A program made the position numbers and the translations under genes. Below are positions 12,410 to 25,430 of a DNA stretch of 64,000 nt, one piece after another. Origin of the DNA: Eledone cirrhosa (lineage: Eukaryota). Below the pieces are notes generated by a model that saw only the letters and a list, made by a program, of their open reading frames with translations, ran no database searches and was not told the DNA's origin. The DNA lies in the NCBI GenBank assembly GCA_964016885.1, contig OZ024741.1, forward strand, positions 275,962,001-276,026,000, written 5' to 3'. How positions within the stretch are numbered: position 1 is the stretch's first letter; each line of letters opens with the position of its first letter.

Positions 12410-13900
12410 ATGATGGTGGTGTTGGTGGTGGTGGTAGTGTTGGTGGTAGTGTTGGTGGTGGTGGTGGTAGTGTTGGTGGTGGTGGTGGTGTTGTTGGTGG
12501 TAGTGTTGGTGGTGGTGGTAGTGTTGGTGGTGGTGGTGGTAGTGTTGGTGATAGTGTTGGTAGTGGTGTTGGTGGTGATAGTGGTGTTGTTGGTGGTGGT
12601 GTAGTGTGGGGGTGTAGTGTTGTGTGTGTGGGGGGGGGGGGGGGGGTATGGTGGTGGTGGTGTTGATAGTGGTGTTTGTGGTGGTGTTGGTGGTATTGGT
12701 GGTGGCGGTAGTGTTGGTGGTAGTGTTGGTGTTAGTGTTGTTGGCAATAGTGTTGGTGGTGTTGTTGGTGGTGGTGTTGTTGTTGGTGGTGGTGGTGGTG
12801 GCGTTGGTGGTAGAGTTAGTGGTGGTGTTGTTGGTGGTGGTGCTGGTGGTAGTGTTGGTGGTGGGGTTGGTGGTGCTGGTGACGGTGGTGTTAGTGTTGG
12901 TATTGTTGACATTGATGTTGGTATTGTTGGTAGTAGTGTTGGTGTTGGTGGTGTTGGTGGAGGTGTTGGTGGTGGTGATGTTGGGGGTATTGGTGTTGGC
13001 ATTAGTGGTAGTGGTGGTGTTAGTTGTGGTGGTGGTAGTGTTGGTGGTAGTGGTGCTGTTGGAGGTGTTGTTGTTGTTGGTGGTGGTCGTGGTGGTTGTG
13101 GTAATAGTGGTCGTACTGGTGGTGTTGGTGTTGTTGGTGGTAGTGGTGTTGTTGTTGGTAGTGTTGGTGGTACTGGTGGTGTTGGTGTTGTTGGTGGTAC
13201 TGGTGGTGTTGGTGTTGTTGGTGGTAGTGATGTTGTTGTTGGTAGTGTTGGTGTTGGTGGTACTGGTGGTGTTGGTGTTGTTGGTGTTGGTGGTACTGGT
13301 GGTGTTGGTGTTAGTGAGTGTAGATGTGGTACTGGTGGTGTTGGTGTTAGTGAGTGTAGATGTGGTACTGGTGGTGTTGGTGTTAGTGAGTGTAGATGTG
13401 GTACTGGTGGTGTTGGTGTTAGTGAGTGTAGATGTGGTACTGGTGGTGTTGGTGTTAGTGAGTGTAGATGTGGTACTGGTGGTGTTGGTGTTAGTGAGTG
13501 TAGATGTGGTACTGGTGGTGTTGGTGTTAGTGAGTGTAGATGTGGTACTGGTGGTGTTGGTGTTAGTGAGTGTAAATGTGGTACTGGTGGTGTTGGTGTT
13601 AGTGAGTGTAGATGTGGTACTGGTGGTGTTGGTGTTAGTGAGTGTAGATGTGGTACTGGTGGTGTTGGTGTTAGTGAGTGTAGATGTGGTACTGGTGGTG
13701 TTGGTGTTAGTGAGTGTAGATGTGGTAGTGATAACAACACCACCAATAATAATATCAACAACAACAACTACGACAACAACAACAGCAAGAATTAACAACT
13801 ACAACAACAAAAACAACAACAACAACAACGAAAACAACACAAACAATAACTACAACACCACCAACAACAACAACAACAACAACAATAACTACAACAACAT
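12410..13900. repeat. (GGT/GTT)n low-complexity tract followed by (AAC)n, intronic
   Basis: Fills the intron between the exons at 13907 and 12339. Confidence 0.95.
13292..13727. repeat. 36-bp minisatellite, ~12 copies
   Basis: Unit ggtactggtggtgttggtgttagtgagtgtagatgt, nearly invariant. Confidence 0.95.
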
Positions 13901-13906
13901 ACTTAC

Positions 13907-14059
13907 AATTTCTGAATCTTTTTTCTCTCCAACAACAAATTTTCCACTTTCAAGATGTCTGATTTTGAGTCGATAAAAATGACTGTTGGACAAGACAGTC
14001 AATGTAAAAGGATGAGTGATCGAAGCATGGCTACTGTCTCTCACAAGGTAGGCTCCATT
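13907..14059 (-). CDS. SH2 domain exon 2 (NGAYLVRDSS...PFTLTVL...YRLKIR...KFVVGEKKDSEI)
   Basis: Acceptor ccctttcacag, donor gtaagt; 153 nt; FLVR-type motif YLVRDS. Confidence 0.95.
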
Positions 14060-15069
14060 CTGTGAAAGGGAGAGAGAGAGAGATAGATAGACTGTACAAG
14101 GAAGATACCATTCTGTAATAAGGGGGAGAGAAAGAGATAGATTTTTGTTGATTAGATATAATTGTTTCTACTTTTGGCACAAGGCCAGCAATTATCCCAG
14201 TGCATTACTGGTGCTTTATTTTATAGACCCCCCCCTCCCTCCCTCCCCCCCGTAAGCATGAAAGGCAAAGTTGACCTCGGCGGGATTTGAACTCAGACCG
14301 TAAAGGGCCGTAACTCTATGCTGCAAAGCATGGAGTCCGACCCGCTATAGATTGGTTTATAGCAGAGTATGAAATCCCATGAATATATTTCAAATGGTAT
14401 TTGTGAAGTTGTTGGAGACAGGAAGGGCATCCAGCCACAGAAAGCCTGCCAAATAAAGGGTTGGAAGGACTTTACAGTTGTGTCAAAGGCATGAAAGTCC
14501 CCCTAGCGTTGGTAATCTACATGATAAACATACCCAGTACACTCTGTTAATTTGTTGGTGATAGGAAGGACATCCAGCTATAGAAAACTTACCAAACAAA
14601 GGATCAGGATGACTTTTTAGCTAACCTCCCTTGTGTTGATGATTTATACAATAAATGCACCCAGTTCACTCTGTAAAGTGGCTGGGGGTAGGAAGGGCGT
14701 ACAGCCATAGAAAACCTGCCAAACAAAGGATCGGAAGAATTCTCTAGTTGTGCCAAACGTCCATAATTGTAAAGTGAGCATCTTAACCACACAGCCATGC
14801 CTGTGGTGAGTGTACTCCACTAACCAGTGGGATACATGTACTTTGTGCTCTACTTCAACAGATGTAGTTGTAGGTGTTTGTAATTGCAGGCTCGGAATTC
14901 CAGAGTGACATAGTTTTGAGAAGGAAACATATTTTTATGTTTTTTTCTCAGAGAAGTAAAGGTAAGATTGAGATTTTTGCAGGGCCCAGATTTCAAAGAA
15001 TGGAGGGGAGATGTATGAAATCACTACTCCTGAGTTACTTAGAAAGAAGACGATGAAGATATCAAGTTA

Positions 15070-15345
15070 CCTTCTTCTTCTTCACCCACTTATTCCTAAG
15101 AGGGTCGTGGGGACAGAGTTCTTAAACACTCCTTCCAGTGGGTCCTGTCAGAAGTAGAGGGTCGTGGGGACAGAGTTCTTAAACACTCCTTCCAGTGGGT
15201 CCTGTCAGAAGTAACTATCTCCAACCTGATCCTGCTGGATCCCCAAGCGAGACCAGCCAAGTTCATAGATGTTCAATCATCTTGCTTGGGGTCTAACCGT
15301 TGATCTCCTGCTGGTTGGATTTGCCCATAACATCTGTCCTGGTCA
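15070..15345 (-). mobile_element. LINE (RTE-like) 3'-end fragment with internal ~57-bp tandem duplication
   Basis: Related to 42730-42895 and 61620-61835; (GAA)n tail. Confidence 0.6.
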
Positions 15346-15571
15346 TAAATCTGGTTTAATTGCAGAGATTTTTTTTCTGTTTAGTCAGGATGAATAGCAG
15401 TGTCCATGATATTAGGGTTTACTGACTGATGAGAGGGGTGAGGTAAGGAAATATCTTCAAATCAGGGACCTAACCTAAATGTCTGCAAACAGGAAGAGCC
15501 CCACTCACATCTTTATATTGAGGAAATGCAGTTAAGAAGGATGTATATGTATATATAAAGTCAGGCCTCAC

Positions 15572-15652
15572 CTGGTTAATGTTTTTCAGCATTGCTTCCT
15601 CGGTTTTACGGTTTAATTTTCCAAAGTACCACGGTTTATTTTGCAGGAATAA
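15572..15652 (-). CDS. SH2 domain exon 1 (LFLQNKPWYFGKLNRKTEEAMLKNINQ)
   Basis: Acceptor gttatag, donor gtgagg; 81 nt; WY-G-x-x-R SH2 start; ends in INQ like the corresponding SLP-76 segment. Confidence 0.92.
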
Positions 15653-16164
15653 CTATAACATACATACATATGTACATTTATAATATATGATATATATACA
15701 GATGTAACACACATATATATATATATATATTTTTTTTTTTTGTCACATCGCTAGTCTGAAGAGCAGATTGATAGTGGAGTTGGGTCCATAACTCCTATAG
15801 GCGACCTTGAGTCAATCTTCTGCGAAATGTGCCTAGCAGGTTGATACACAATAAATATTATATACATGTAAACGAAACTTCCTCGTTTTTTTCTAATATA
15901 TCAATCAGAGATGGTCCAGGTATGAAAAATCTTTTTACATATATCGTTATTTTATTGTATGTATAGTTTATGCCTTCGGTTGGTTCTCTTGGTGTCACAT
16001 TATATAACTACGTGTTTAACTCTGGACTTAATGTTTGCTTTTAACTTTCGATCCACTGAGTGCTCTGTGATTGCCTCAAAATAAATCAAATTGTACATGC
16101 TGTACTGCAACGGAAGTTTGATTTACAAATATCATTATTATATACATATATATATGTGTTAAGT

Positions 16165-16420
16165 ATTTCAATAGAAAAGGTAAAGGAAAGAAGAGTGCTC
16201 TATGTATAGTACAGAGCTATTAAATTACATAATAAACAACGCAATCTAATTATTCCATTAACAAAGGTTTCAGGAACTAAGCGATCCTTACAGAAACGTC
16301 CAGCTCGTTCATCAGATGAAATAGTTAAGTTTTGGAGATAAGAATTGAAATTAATATCTATTAAAAATGAAAGTGAGGCTGAGTTAAAATAAGATCTTAT
16401 AATGGAAAAAAATATATATA
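16165..16420 (-). mobile_element. Penelope-like pLTR fragment with hammerhead motif
   Basis: Minus strand reads tttcat-CTGATGA...GAAAcctttgtta-atggaa; sibling at 26790-26910 has GAAACC-TTT-GGTA. Confidence 0.65.
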
Positions 16421-16442
16421 CATATATATATATATGACTGCT

Positions 16443-16662
16443 GGGTGAAGAAGTGCCAGGAAGTCCCAGTGGAGAGAAGACGCAGTAGAGGTAGACCACA
16501 AAAAAACATGGGTGGAGGTGGTGAGAGCAGACCTCAGATCGCTGAAACTCACCGAGATGACGAAGGACCGTGACAAGTGGAGAGATGCTGTGCTGAATAG
16601 GACCTGTCCCACCCTTGCAAGCAGGGAAAAGCAGACGTAAAATGATGATGATGATGATGATA
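16443..16662 (+). mobile_element. RTE 3'-end fragment (second family)
   Basis: Matches 28345-28580 and 60765-60995. Confidence 0.85.
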
Positions 16663-17037
16663 TATATATATATATATAAAACTGATGTTGTCTGTGTGTG
16701 TGTGTCCTCATTTTTGCAAAGTCTATATAAATCCACATTTCTACTCCGATTGACTTCAAACTTGCATTTATATATTCCTTGCGGTCTAAAGATACTAACT
16801 GCCGCTTTTATTTTTCAATTTTCTGTTGTTAAAGGGGTGTTAGGCGCCGGTTATCGATCTCCGTCTAGCCCTTATAATATCTGTCTGTATGTCTGACTGT
16901 CTGCATAACGACATTCTGACGAACACGTCACTGTTGACGTGTTATCTTCGCTACATTCACGCACACACACCACACATATATATACTTATATATACATATA
17001 TATACACATATATACATATACACACACATATATACAC

Positions 17038-17076
<39 letters not shown>

Positions 17077-17131
17077 AACATATACACATATATAGATATA
17101 CACATATACACATAAAAATATATGTATATAT

Positions 17132-17160
<29 letters not shown>

Positions 17161-17162
<2 letters not shown>

Positions 17163-20100
17163 AACGTTTGTATATGTATAATAAAGCCAAAACAATGCAG
17201 GTATGGACATAGAATAAAGAATGCAAATGCAAAAGATATTGTTGACAATTAGTCTTTTACCTTAGATTTATTTAAATGTCCTTAATTTTCGAGATAATAT
17301 CTCTTCTTCGGAGGGAAGTAAAGCGGTTAAACCAGTGTTCTAAATAGCTTGCCAAGTCATGCTGACAGGAAATGGTATAGAGTATCTGTTCTATCTCTAA
17401 TGTCAAAGAGTTAGGTTAGGTAGATAAAGAGTACTCTCCCTTTAAAAGGTTTTTTTTTTTTGTACATGCTTGTTTAAGTGTGTGGGAGAATGCATGAAGG
17501 TGTATGTGAGTGTGTGTGTGAGTGTGAGAAGATATTTCTATACGTAAATGTGGGGAATAGATGTTATCTCGTGTTAGAACTGGTCTTTGTGTGTCTATGT
17601 GTGTGTGTATGTGTGTGTGTGAGAGAGAATAAGTGGAGGTGTAAGCGTGTGTGTGTGGGGGGGAGGTAAATATGGGGCTAGATGCTCTATCAAGTTATAA
17701 ATTGGGTGTTGAGTTCAAGTCTATTATTGTTGAGTTCAAGTCTATTGGTGGTTGTGTTTTGTCTATAATTAGTGCTTCCTTAATTCTAAGATTGCCGAGG
17801 TTTCTTTCCTTAGTTTCTATCCTAACTGTTATGGTTTTGTCGGTGTTTTTGCATTTAACTAGGTGTTTCTTAAATGAGGAAGCGTTAGTATTGAGGTGTT
17901 CTTTTATTCTTATGTGGAGTGGTCTGGTGGTGCTACCTACGTAGAAGTTGCTGCATTTGTCACACTCTAGTCACACTCAAGTTCATATTGAAACAGAGAC
18001 TGGACGACAAATTATGGCTCGACATAGAAACAAATTTCTGTCGGGCTGCCTACCAACTAAAATGGATATCGACTCTCGGCAACAACACCACGGAATCTAA
18101 CAAACCCAGATTCCCGATATACCAACTGGATCGCCCACTCTGTCCACCGCCTACCAACCGCGAGCTTGAAGAAAAACTCTCCAGGCTAAAACATTCCGTA
18201 TTTAACATCTTAAGTAAACAGAAGAAGATAGCCCCAAACCTCTCCAGGACACAACAACTCGCCCCGAAGAACCTACGGAATAGGGAACTTATATACTTAC
18301 CATCCGACAAAGGTAAAGAGTTTTGCGTCTTCTCTCAAGCCACATACAACAACCTAGCCTTTGAACACCTAAGCGACAATGAATTATATACAGAGATCCC
18401 GGACATGACTGCAGCCCAGATCGAAAAACAGACCAACTCCATCTGGTTCGATATCTGTAGAAGACAACTCCCAAATAAAGTTAAGCTCAACTACACCACT
18501 AGAAATAGCAGACTGCCCACTTTCTATCACCTCATCAAGACCCACAAGAATAGTACTAAGACGCAAATAAGACCCATCGTCTCTACCATAGCAGGACCCC
18601 TATACAACATTTCCTGGCTCCTCTCCCAGGTCCTCAAGCCTCTACTCTCCACCTTTCCCGGGCATGTCAGTAGCTCCGATGAAGTCATACGTAGACTACA
18701 CCAACTCCAGCCAGAACAACTTAAACTAAATATATACGCCTTTAGCCTCGACGTTGTCTCCCTCTACACTACAGTCCCCGCTCATCCAGCTGTCGATTTA
18801 TTGACGAACTGCGTGATCGCAGAGGACATCCACTGCTACGGCCTCCATCTGACGGGCATACATCAGCTTTTGTCCTTCACAGTAGACAACACGTACTTCA
18901 CTTTCCACCACCACACATACAGACAGACAACAGGATTACCCATGGGATCCAGCCTATCGGGCCTGCTGGCCATCACCTATATGAACCAGCTAGAATGCCG
19001 AGCCCTCAACACCTGCCATTCCCATACCTTCTTCACCCGATATGTAGATGACATACTCATCCTTACATCATCCTGTGAGGAGGCGGATAAAATATACACA
19101 ACATTCTCCTGCATGGACACCAGTATAAAGTTCAGCATGGAACACCCCGATGACCGCGGATCCCTATCCCTACTGGACTTTCAGCTCAGGGTAACAGAGG
19201 AAGGCAACATCCACACCTGCTTCTATAAAAAAGTCGCCAGCAGGGACCTGTTCATACATTTCAGATCGGCCCTCCCAGCCGGCGCTAAGTTCGGATACAT
19301 AAGGAACGAACTAACACGTATCCGGAACAAATGCACCGACGCTAGAGACCGAGACACACACACCACACATTTCCTGGAAGTACTCAAACTGAACAGATAC
19401 ACGACATCCACCACAAACCGTGCCAGAAAGAACAGAGGACACCACACCCGAGGCACTAACACTTGCTTCCTGAAGCTCCCACACTTCAGTGACGAAACAA
19501 CAACAGCCATCCGCAGAGAGGGACTAGATATCAAACTGGCCCACTCAGGTCCTTCTCTACGCGGACAGCTAACCAAAAGACACTCCACCAGACATGACAA
19601 CTGCTGCGGGCTAGCCAACTGCCCCATCAACGACACAGACCTATGCCACCAGGCTTACGTCGTATACAGACGAGAGTGTGACAAATGCAGCAACTTCTAC
19701 GTAGGTAGCACCACCAGACCACTCCACATAAGAATAAAAGAACACCTCAATACTAACGCTTTCTCATTTAAGAAACACCTAGTTAAATGCAAAAACACCG
19801 ACAAAACCATAACAGTTAGGATAGAAACTAAGGAAAGAAACCTCGGCAATCTTAGAATTAAGGAAGCACTAATTATAGACAAAACACAACCCCCAATCAA
19901 TAATAGACTAGAACTCAACACCCTATTTAAACTTGATAGAGCATCTAGCCCCATATTTACACACACCCCCACACACACACACGCACACACACACGCTTAC
20001 ACCTCCACTTATTCTCTCTCACACACACACACATACACACACAAAGACCAGTTCTAACACGAGATAACATCTATTCCCCACATTTACGTATAGAAATATC

Positions 20101-20515
20101 TTCTCACACTCACACACACACACTCACATACTTACACCTTCATGCATTCTCCCACACACTTAAACAGGCATGTACAAAAAAAAAACCCTTTTAAAGGGAG
20201 ACTACTCTTTATCCACCTAACCTAACTCTTTGACATTAGAGATAGAACAGATACTCTATACCATTTCCTGTCAGCATGACTTGGCAAGCTATTTAGAACA
20301 CTGGTTTAACCGCTTTACTTCCCTCCGAAGAAGAGATATTATCTCGAAAAGGACATTTAAATAAATCTAAAGTAAAAGACTAATTGTCAACAATATCTTT
20401 TGCATTTGCATTCTTTATTCTATGTCCATACCTGCATTGTTTTGGCTTTATTATCCATATACAAACGTTTATACCTCATTACACAATGCTTGAAGTGAAC
20501 TATAACTTCCTCCAT
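17161..20515 (+). mobile_element. Penelope-like retroelement, 5'-truncated, with ~800-bp inverted 3' duplication and ~40-nt tail
   Basis: 17161-17968 is the reverse complement of ~19672-20473; tail 20474-20515; flanked by (TA)n. Confidence 0.95.
17970..20057 (+). CDS. Penelope-type reverse transcriptase plus C-terminal GIY-YIG endonuclease (5'-truncated)
   Basis: SDKG, IKTHK, RPIV, SLDVVSLYT, GLPMGSSLS, RYVDD, VVY...FYVGST..LHIRIKEH and KEALII...PPIN motifs in one open frame. Confidence 0.93.
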   Translation, partial: VTLKFILKQRLDDKLWLDIETNFCRAAYQLKWISTLGNNTTESNKPRFPIYQLDRPLCPPPTNRELEEKLSRLKHSVFNILSKQKKIAPNLSRTQQLAPKNLRNRELIYLPSDKGKEFCVFSQATYNNLAFEHLSDNELYTEIPDMTAAQIEKQTNSIWFDICRRQLPNKVKLNYTTRNSRLPTFYHLIKTHKNSTKTQIRPIVSTIAGPLYNISWLLSQVLKPLLSTFPGHVSSSDEVIRRLHQLQPEQLKLNIYAFSLDVVSLYTTVPAHPAVDLLTNCVIAEDIHCYGLHLTGIHQLLSFTVDNTYFTFHHHTYRQTTGLPMGSSLSGLLAITYMNQLECRALNTCHSHTFFTRYVDDILILTSSCEEADKIYTTFSCMDTSIKFSMEHPDDRGSLSLLDFQLRVTEEGNIHTCFYKKVASRDLFIHFRSALPAGAKFGYIRNELTRIRNKCTDARDRDTHTTHFLEVLKLNRYTTSTTNRARKNRGHHTRGTNTCFLKLPHFSDETTTAIRREGLDIKLAHSGPSLRGQLTKRHSTRHDNCCGLANCPINDTDLCHQAYVVYRRECDKCSNFYVGSTTRPLHIRIKEHLNTNAFSFKKHLVKCKNTDKTITVRIETKERNLGNLRIKEALIIDKTQPPINNRLELNTLFKLDRASSPIFTHTPTHTHAHTHAYTSTYSLSHTHTYTHKDQF

Positions 20516-20530
20516 ATATATATATATATA

Positions 20531-21242
20531 TTGGAAAATGTGTGTAATCCTTGGTACAGTTAGGTATATTAAGACAGGGGGGAAGAAAAAAATGACTTCA
20601 CTTGTGCTTTCAACAAATTTATTTTCTTCACAAAATCCAAAGAGAATTTTTTTTTTTTTTTTTCCGGATTAGAAAATTTTTTTTTTTTTTTTTAATAAAT
20701 TAAGTCGTTGGTTGTTGGTTAGGTCTTAGGAGTTCTTGGTTAACGTAGGGGGTATTGTTTCGTTTTTAGAAAGACCTTTCACGCTGAGGTGTGCTTGTCA
20801 AACTGATGTGTATGTGGTGTGTTGTTCTATATATAGGGATTTAACATGTTTGTGGTGCGGTGGGGTTTTTTTTCTCCCCCTTTAATAAGTGTAGGGATGT
20901 AGGTGTGTTGAAAAAATGTTAATAGCAGTAATGAGTTGAGACAATGAGTAGGGTTGGGTGGGGAGAAATGTAGCAAGCGCGGCCTGCCCCGGTCATTCTC
21001 GAAAAATTCCTTTATTCAGGGGAAAAAGCTTTTAGTATTCCTTTGTATCGAAAATGGTCATAGGCAAACTCCTAAGACCTAACCAACAACCAACGACTTA
21101 ATTTATAAAAAATAAAAAAAATAAATAAAAATAAAATTTTTTCTAATCCGGAAAAAAAAAAAAAATTCTTTTTGGATTTTGTGAAGAAAATAAATTTGTT
21201 GAAAGCACAAGTGAAGCCATTTTTTTCTTCCCCCCTGTCTTA

Positions 21243-21246
<4 letters not shown>
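20531..21246. mobile_element. Non-coding fold-back insert with left-side tail
   Basis: ~20566-20734 is the reverse complement of ~21067-21246; tail 20531-20565; (TA)n flanks. Confidence 0.85.
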
Positions 21247-21275
<29 letters not shown>

Positions 21276-21562
21276 GATACATTGTAGGTTGCTTTAACCA
21301 GTCTTTTATTATTCAAAAAACTTCTTGCCAATAAACATTAACCCTTTGTGGGCCATTCATCTAACTATAGACCAACAAATACCAAGTAAACGGAGCATTG
21401 ACAAGAACGATGGCAAATGAATCTTCAAGGTAAGCAGTTTTCTCCCAAGCTGTTAGTTCACGCGGGATTCTCTGCTACAACTTTTCGTAATAATACCGAA
21501 CAAAGTACTGCTGGTCACTCCTTCCTCCAAAAGCCGTACAAAGCATCTCTCTCTCTCTCTCA

Positions 21563-21622
<60 letters not shown>

Positions 21623-23179
21623 GCAAACATCACGGACGCTCTATCTCAAAATTATTTTTGAAAAGCATTAGAAATGCGCAACCGGTAAAACTTAAAACCA
21701 AAACTAAATACTAACCAATACTATTACTAATTCTCACTTATTCCTAATTAAACTATTTTTCACTGTGAACAATTTGTCAGCATTTTCTTTTCCGTTTACC
21801 AATATATATATATATATTGTTATAAGAACAGATTAAAGTTTAAGCAAAGAATCACTGCTTTCAACATTAACGGGATCTTTTGAAACTAAAAAATTTAATC
21901 TGTAAACGCAGAAGTAAATATTTCGAGAAACGTTGCAACCGAAGGAAAACAGGAAGACAATATTTTGGTTCGTGAAGACGTTCCCTGGCAATGAATGGAA
22001 AAAAAGTGAGAATAATACGTCGTTATGTGGACCGAGAAGAACAATTTCATGCAAAGACGAGACCAAGTTCAGGGTATAAATGGAGTCGTTAGACTAATAT
22101 TCTATTTAAAATAACCGAATGATTTCCAGCCCCGGAGTTTAAGAATGATGTAAATAAAATTGGAAACGAAAATGACAGAGGTTATTAAAATAGTAAAAGT
22201 AAATAGTGAAAATTTAGGTCACTACATACGTATGCACCGACTGACATACACATACATATACATACGCACACACAAATACATACACACACACACACACAAA
22301 CACACACACGCACGCACTCACGCGCGTGTGTGTGTGTAAACCTCATGCATTTCTACAGTATTTTCACCAAACTTAAGACATAGGTTACTTATGTACTCCG
22401 GATGGTCATGGGCACTTTCATTTTTCCAGATATTGATTATAGGGCCTCCCGGCAGATAACCCCCTTTAACCGCTTCTTTGGAGTCGACTGAAGCACTGCA
22501 GTGCAATGCAATAAAACATCATAACTTCTGGAGTTCGCAACCGATTTTCTCCAAACTTGACACATGGGCTACGTTTGTTCTACAGATGAATGAGAATTGG
22601 CACATACTGAGGAGGGGACCTGGGGGCAGGAACCCTCTTTGATGATGATGATGATGATATATATATATATATAGGCCAAAAGGATATTTAATATATACTA
22701 GCAGAGGTACCCGGCGTTGTTAGGTTATTAAATAGCAGTTATGTATACCAATTATGTCAATACTTCAGTTCTTCTTCGAAAACTATACTTTTACAAAATC
22801 ATTTTCCACCAAACCACAGCTACCACCAAATATTTAACAAATATACTGTTAAATTCTCATACTCTACATCAAACAATCTCCAGCAAAAAAATAAACAACT
22901 ACAACATTTATAAACTTAAAGATAATATGACTACACCACCACAACATAATTTAAATAGGACTGCACCTTTTAAAAAGACAAATAATACAATCCTTCAACC
23001 TGGAAAACACACCCACCCAAATCACCAAAACAAAAACAACAGAACACAAAATCACAATACAACACTAGCACCAAACCACGCACAAAGCAACCTTCATTCT
23101 CCTGATAACATTAATTACAATAGGAATAGCTCAAGGATTAATGAGAATAGTATAGGCACCCCCCAACAACCATCTTACG

Positions 23180-23600
23180 TATGGTTGTAATTGCAGAAAT
23201 AGAAGCATTTGCCCCTTAAATGGCAACTGTTTGATTAATAATGTAATATATAAATGCACTGTGTCTACTACTGACTCCAACAAAACATATATAGGATCTA
23301 CATCAAACACATTTAAGAAAAGATTTTACGCACACTCTAGTAGTTTTAACAATACTAAACTAGCTAACACCACATCTTTAGCTGAAGCAGTAAATAATTA
23401 TAAAAGGAAAAACATAGATTTCAAACTATCGTGGAACACCAATCTACAAAGAACTCTATATATTGGGAACAGGAGGGAATGCAGATTATGTTCAGGGGAG
23501 ATCTTGGAAATTACTAAATCTAAGGACGATTATAGTTTGTAACCACCGTATACGAAGAACATTTAAATACTATAAACCTAATTAAATATCCTAAATAACA
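23180..23600 (+). mobile_element. Penelope-like GIY-YIG fragment
   Basis: CNCRN..CPLNGNCL..NVIYKC...TYIGST..FKKRF..H...CRLC; same lineage as 53164-54525. Confidence 0.85.
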
Positions 23601-23799
23601 ACTCACTATAATTATATATATAGTAACATTTGTTAGTACCCCTTTCCCCTAATTATATGCATTCATGCTTATCTTTTACCTTTTAATGTTTTAGCTTCCT
23701 TAGGTTTATGCGTTAATGACTAAAGGCAACAAGGTACACAACCACCCGTAATTGCATGAGTAGATATATATTTATGTATGTATGATATGGGAATATATT

Positions 23800-23864
<65 letters not shown>

Positions 23865-23891
23865 GTGTGTGTGTATATGTATATATATATA

Positions 23892-23922
<31 letters not shown>

Positions 23923-24044
23923 GTATATGTGTGTGTCTATATGTGTGTATATATATATATGTGTGTTTGTGTGTGTGTGTATATGTGAGTATATGTGTAT
24001 GAGTGATTATATATGAGTGTATGTACATGTATGAGTGTGTGCAT

Positions 24045-24082
<38 letters not shown>

Positions 24083-24086
24083 ATAT

Positions 24087-24680
24087 ATCATCATCATCAT
24101 CGTTTAACGTCCATCTTCCACGCTTGCATGGGTTTGGACGGGAGTTTTCCCACTTGAGGCAAGATTAGTTGTCTTGCTTGTATAGGAATGTCTGGCGGAT
24201 TTTCTATGGCTGGATGCCCTTCCTAACACCAACCAGGTTTACAGTGTGGACTGGGAGGTTTTTACCGTGTTACCTACACGGCCACATTACAGCGTGGACT
24301 GTGTTTTTTTGTGACACCTACACGACCTCATTTATTTCGGACTGGATGTTGTGGTACCAACATAACTTTACATCGAAAGGGGTGGTGTGGATGGGGTGGG
24401 GTGGTGGGACGGGGTGTATTTTTGTTAGAGGTGCCTACTGACTGTAGGTTTTGCTTTGTACTTAGGCAAGGCGGGTCTTCTGTATTACTGTGTAGCGCCA
24501 AAGATCTCGGTCCAGTAACATTGTCTTGTGAGGTCGGAATTTATCAAGTCGTCCCAGGTTTTTCTGGGTCTGCCTACTCCATGGCTACCGTTTATTTTTT
24601 ATATGGCTGTCGTCTTTCCTGCGCATCACATGACCATACCAACGTAGTCTTCTCTCGAGTAAACAACATCTGATTCCGCT
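24087..24680 (-). mobile_element. RTE 3' fragment
   Basis: [17 protein letters not shown] plus 3' UTR and (GAT)n; similar copies at 28692-28998, 34027-34207 and 51055-51633. Confidence 0.85.
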
Positions 24681-25034
24681 TATATATATATATTTATATA
24701 TATATATATATATATGTGTGTGGGGGGGGGTATAGCTGTGTGTGTGTGTGTGTATGTGTAAATATAGATGTGTATAAATATGTGTGTATATGATTATATG
24801 CACATGTGTAAATGTGTATTTATATTTGCATCTATTTGTGCGTATGTATATTTTTGGTTGTGTATCAATGTAACTATACCTCTCTATATATAGTGTCGAT
24901 ATATGCACTTTGTAATCTATGAAATTTATACGTTTTGACTATGTCAACATGTATTTATCTGAGTTTGATTATTTATACATAAACATACTTGATAGTTTTC
25001 ATCCTCAGTGTATACTGATTAATGTTAAGAGCCA

Positions 25035-25430
25035 TCCTCAGCATTCCTGTGTAGCACCCATCCACCATCTGAGTGAGTTTCTTGGTCAGTGTCCAAGTCT
25101 CAGACCCATACAGCAGCACAGACTCCACTACAGAGCTGTATGGGAGCATCCCAAGAGTCAGCTCAAAGGTGACACAGAGGAGACTGAGGTTGGCTGGACA
25201 TGCTCACCGACATCCAGAGTTGACATTGCACTCAGTGCTCCTTTGGGAGCCCCTACATGGACACACTAGAAGAGGAAGACCAAGGTTAACGTATGTTGAT
25301 GCCCTAAGGACAGACACTGGTCTGTTGGAGACGCAGGACATGGCAGCGATAATGAGGGACAGACACCACTGGAGAGAACTCGTCCATGGATCTCAGGAAT
25401 TTTACCCGCCTTAGATAGATAGATAGATAC
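25035..25430 (+). mobile_element. RTE-like 3' fragment with (TAGA)n tail
   Basis: RRLRLAGHAHRH...RGRPRLTYVD motif. Confidence 0.8.

Noticed and set aside
12385-13976. 390-470-aa Pro/Thr/Gly/Val-rich ORFs resembling mucin or extensin
   Set aside because: Open in several frames on both strands because of triplet repeats, and they lie in the intron between two SH2 exons.
17970-20057. Selenocysteine recoding as reported for some Naiad PLEs
   Set aside because: No in-frame TGA in this ORF or in the 29610-30004 fragment.
23720-24100. YIYI/VCVC-rich ORFs here and throughout the ORF track
   Set aside because: Translations of (TA)n and (TG)n microsatellites.
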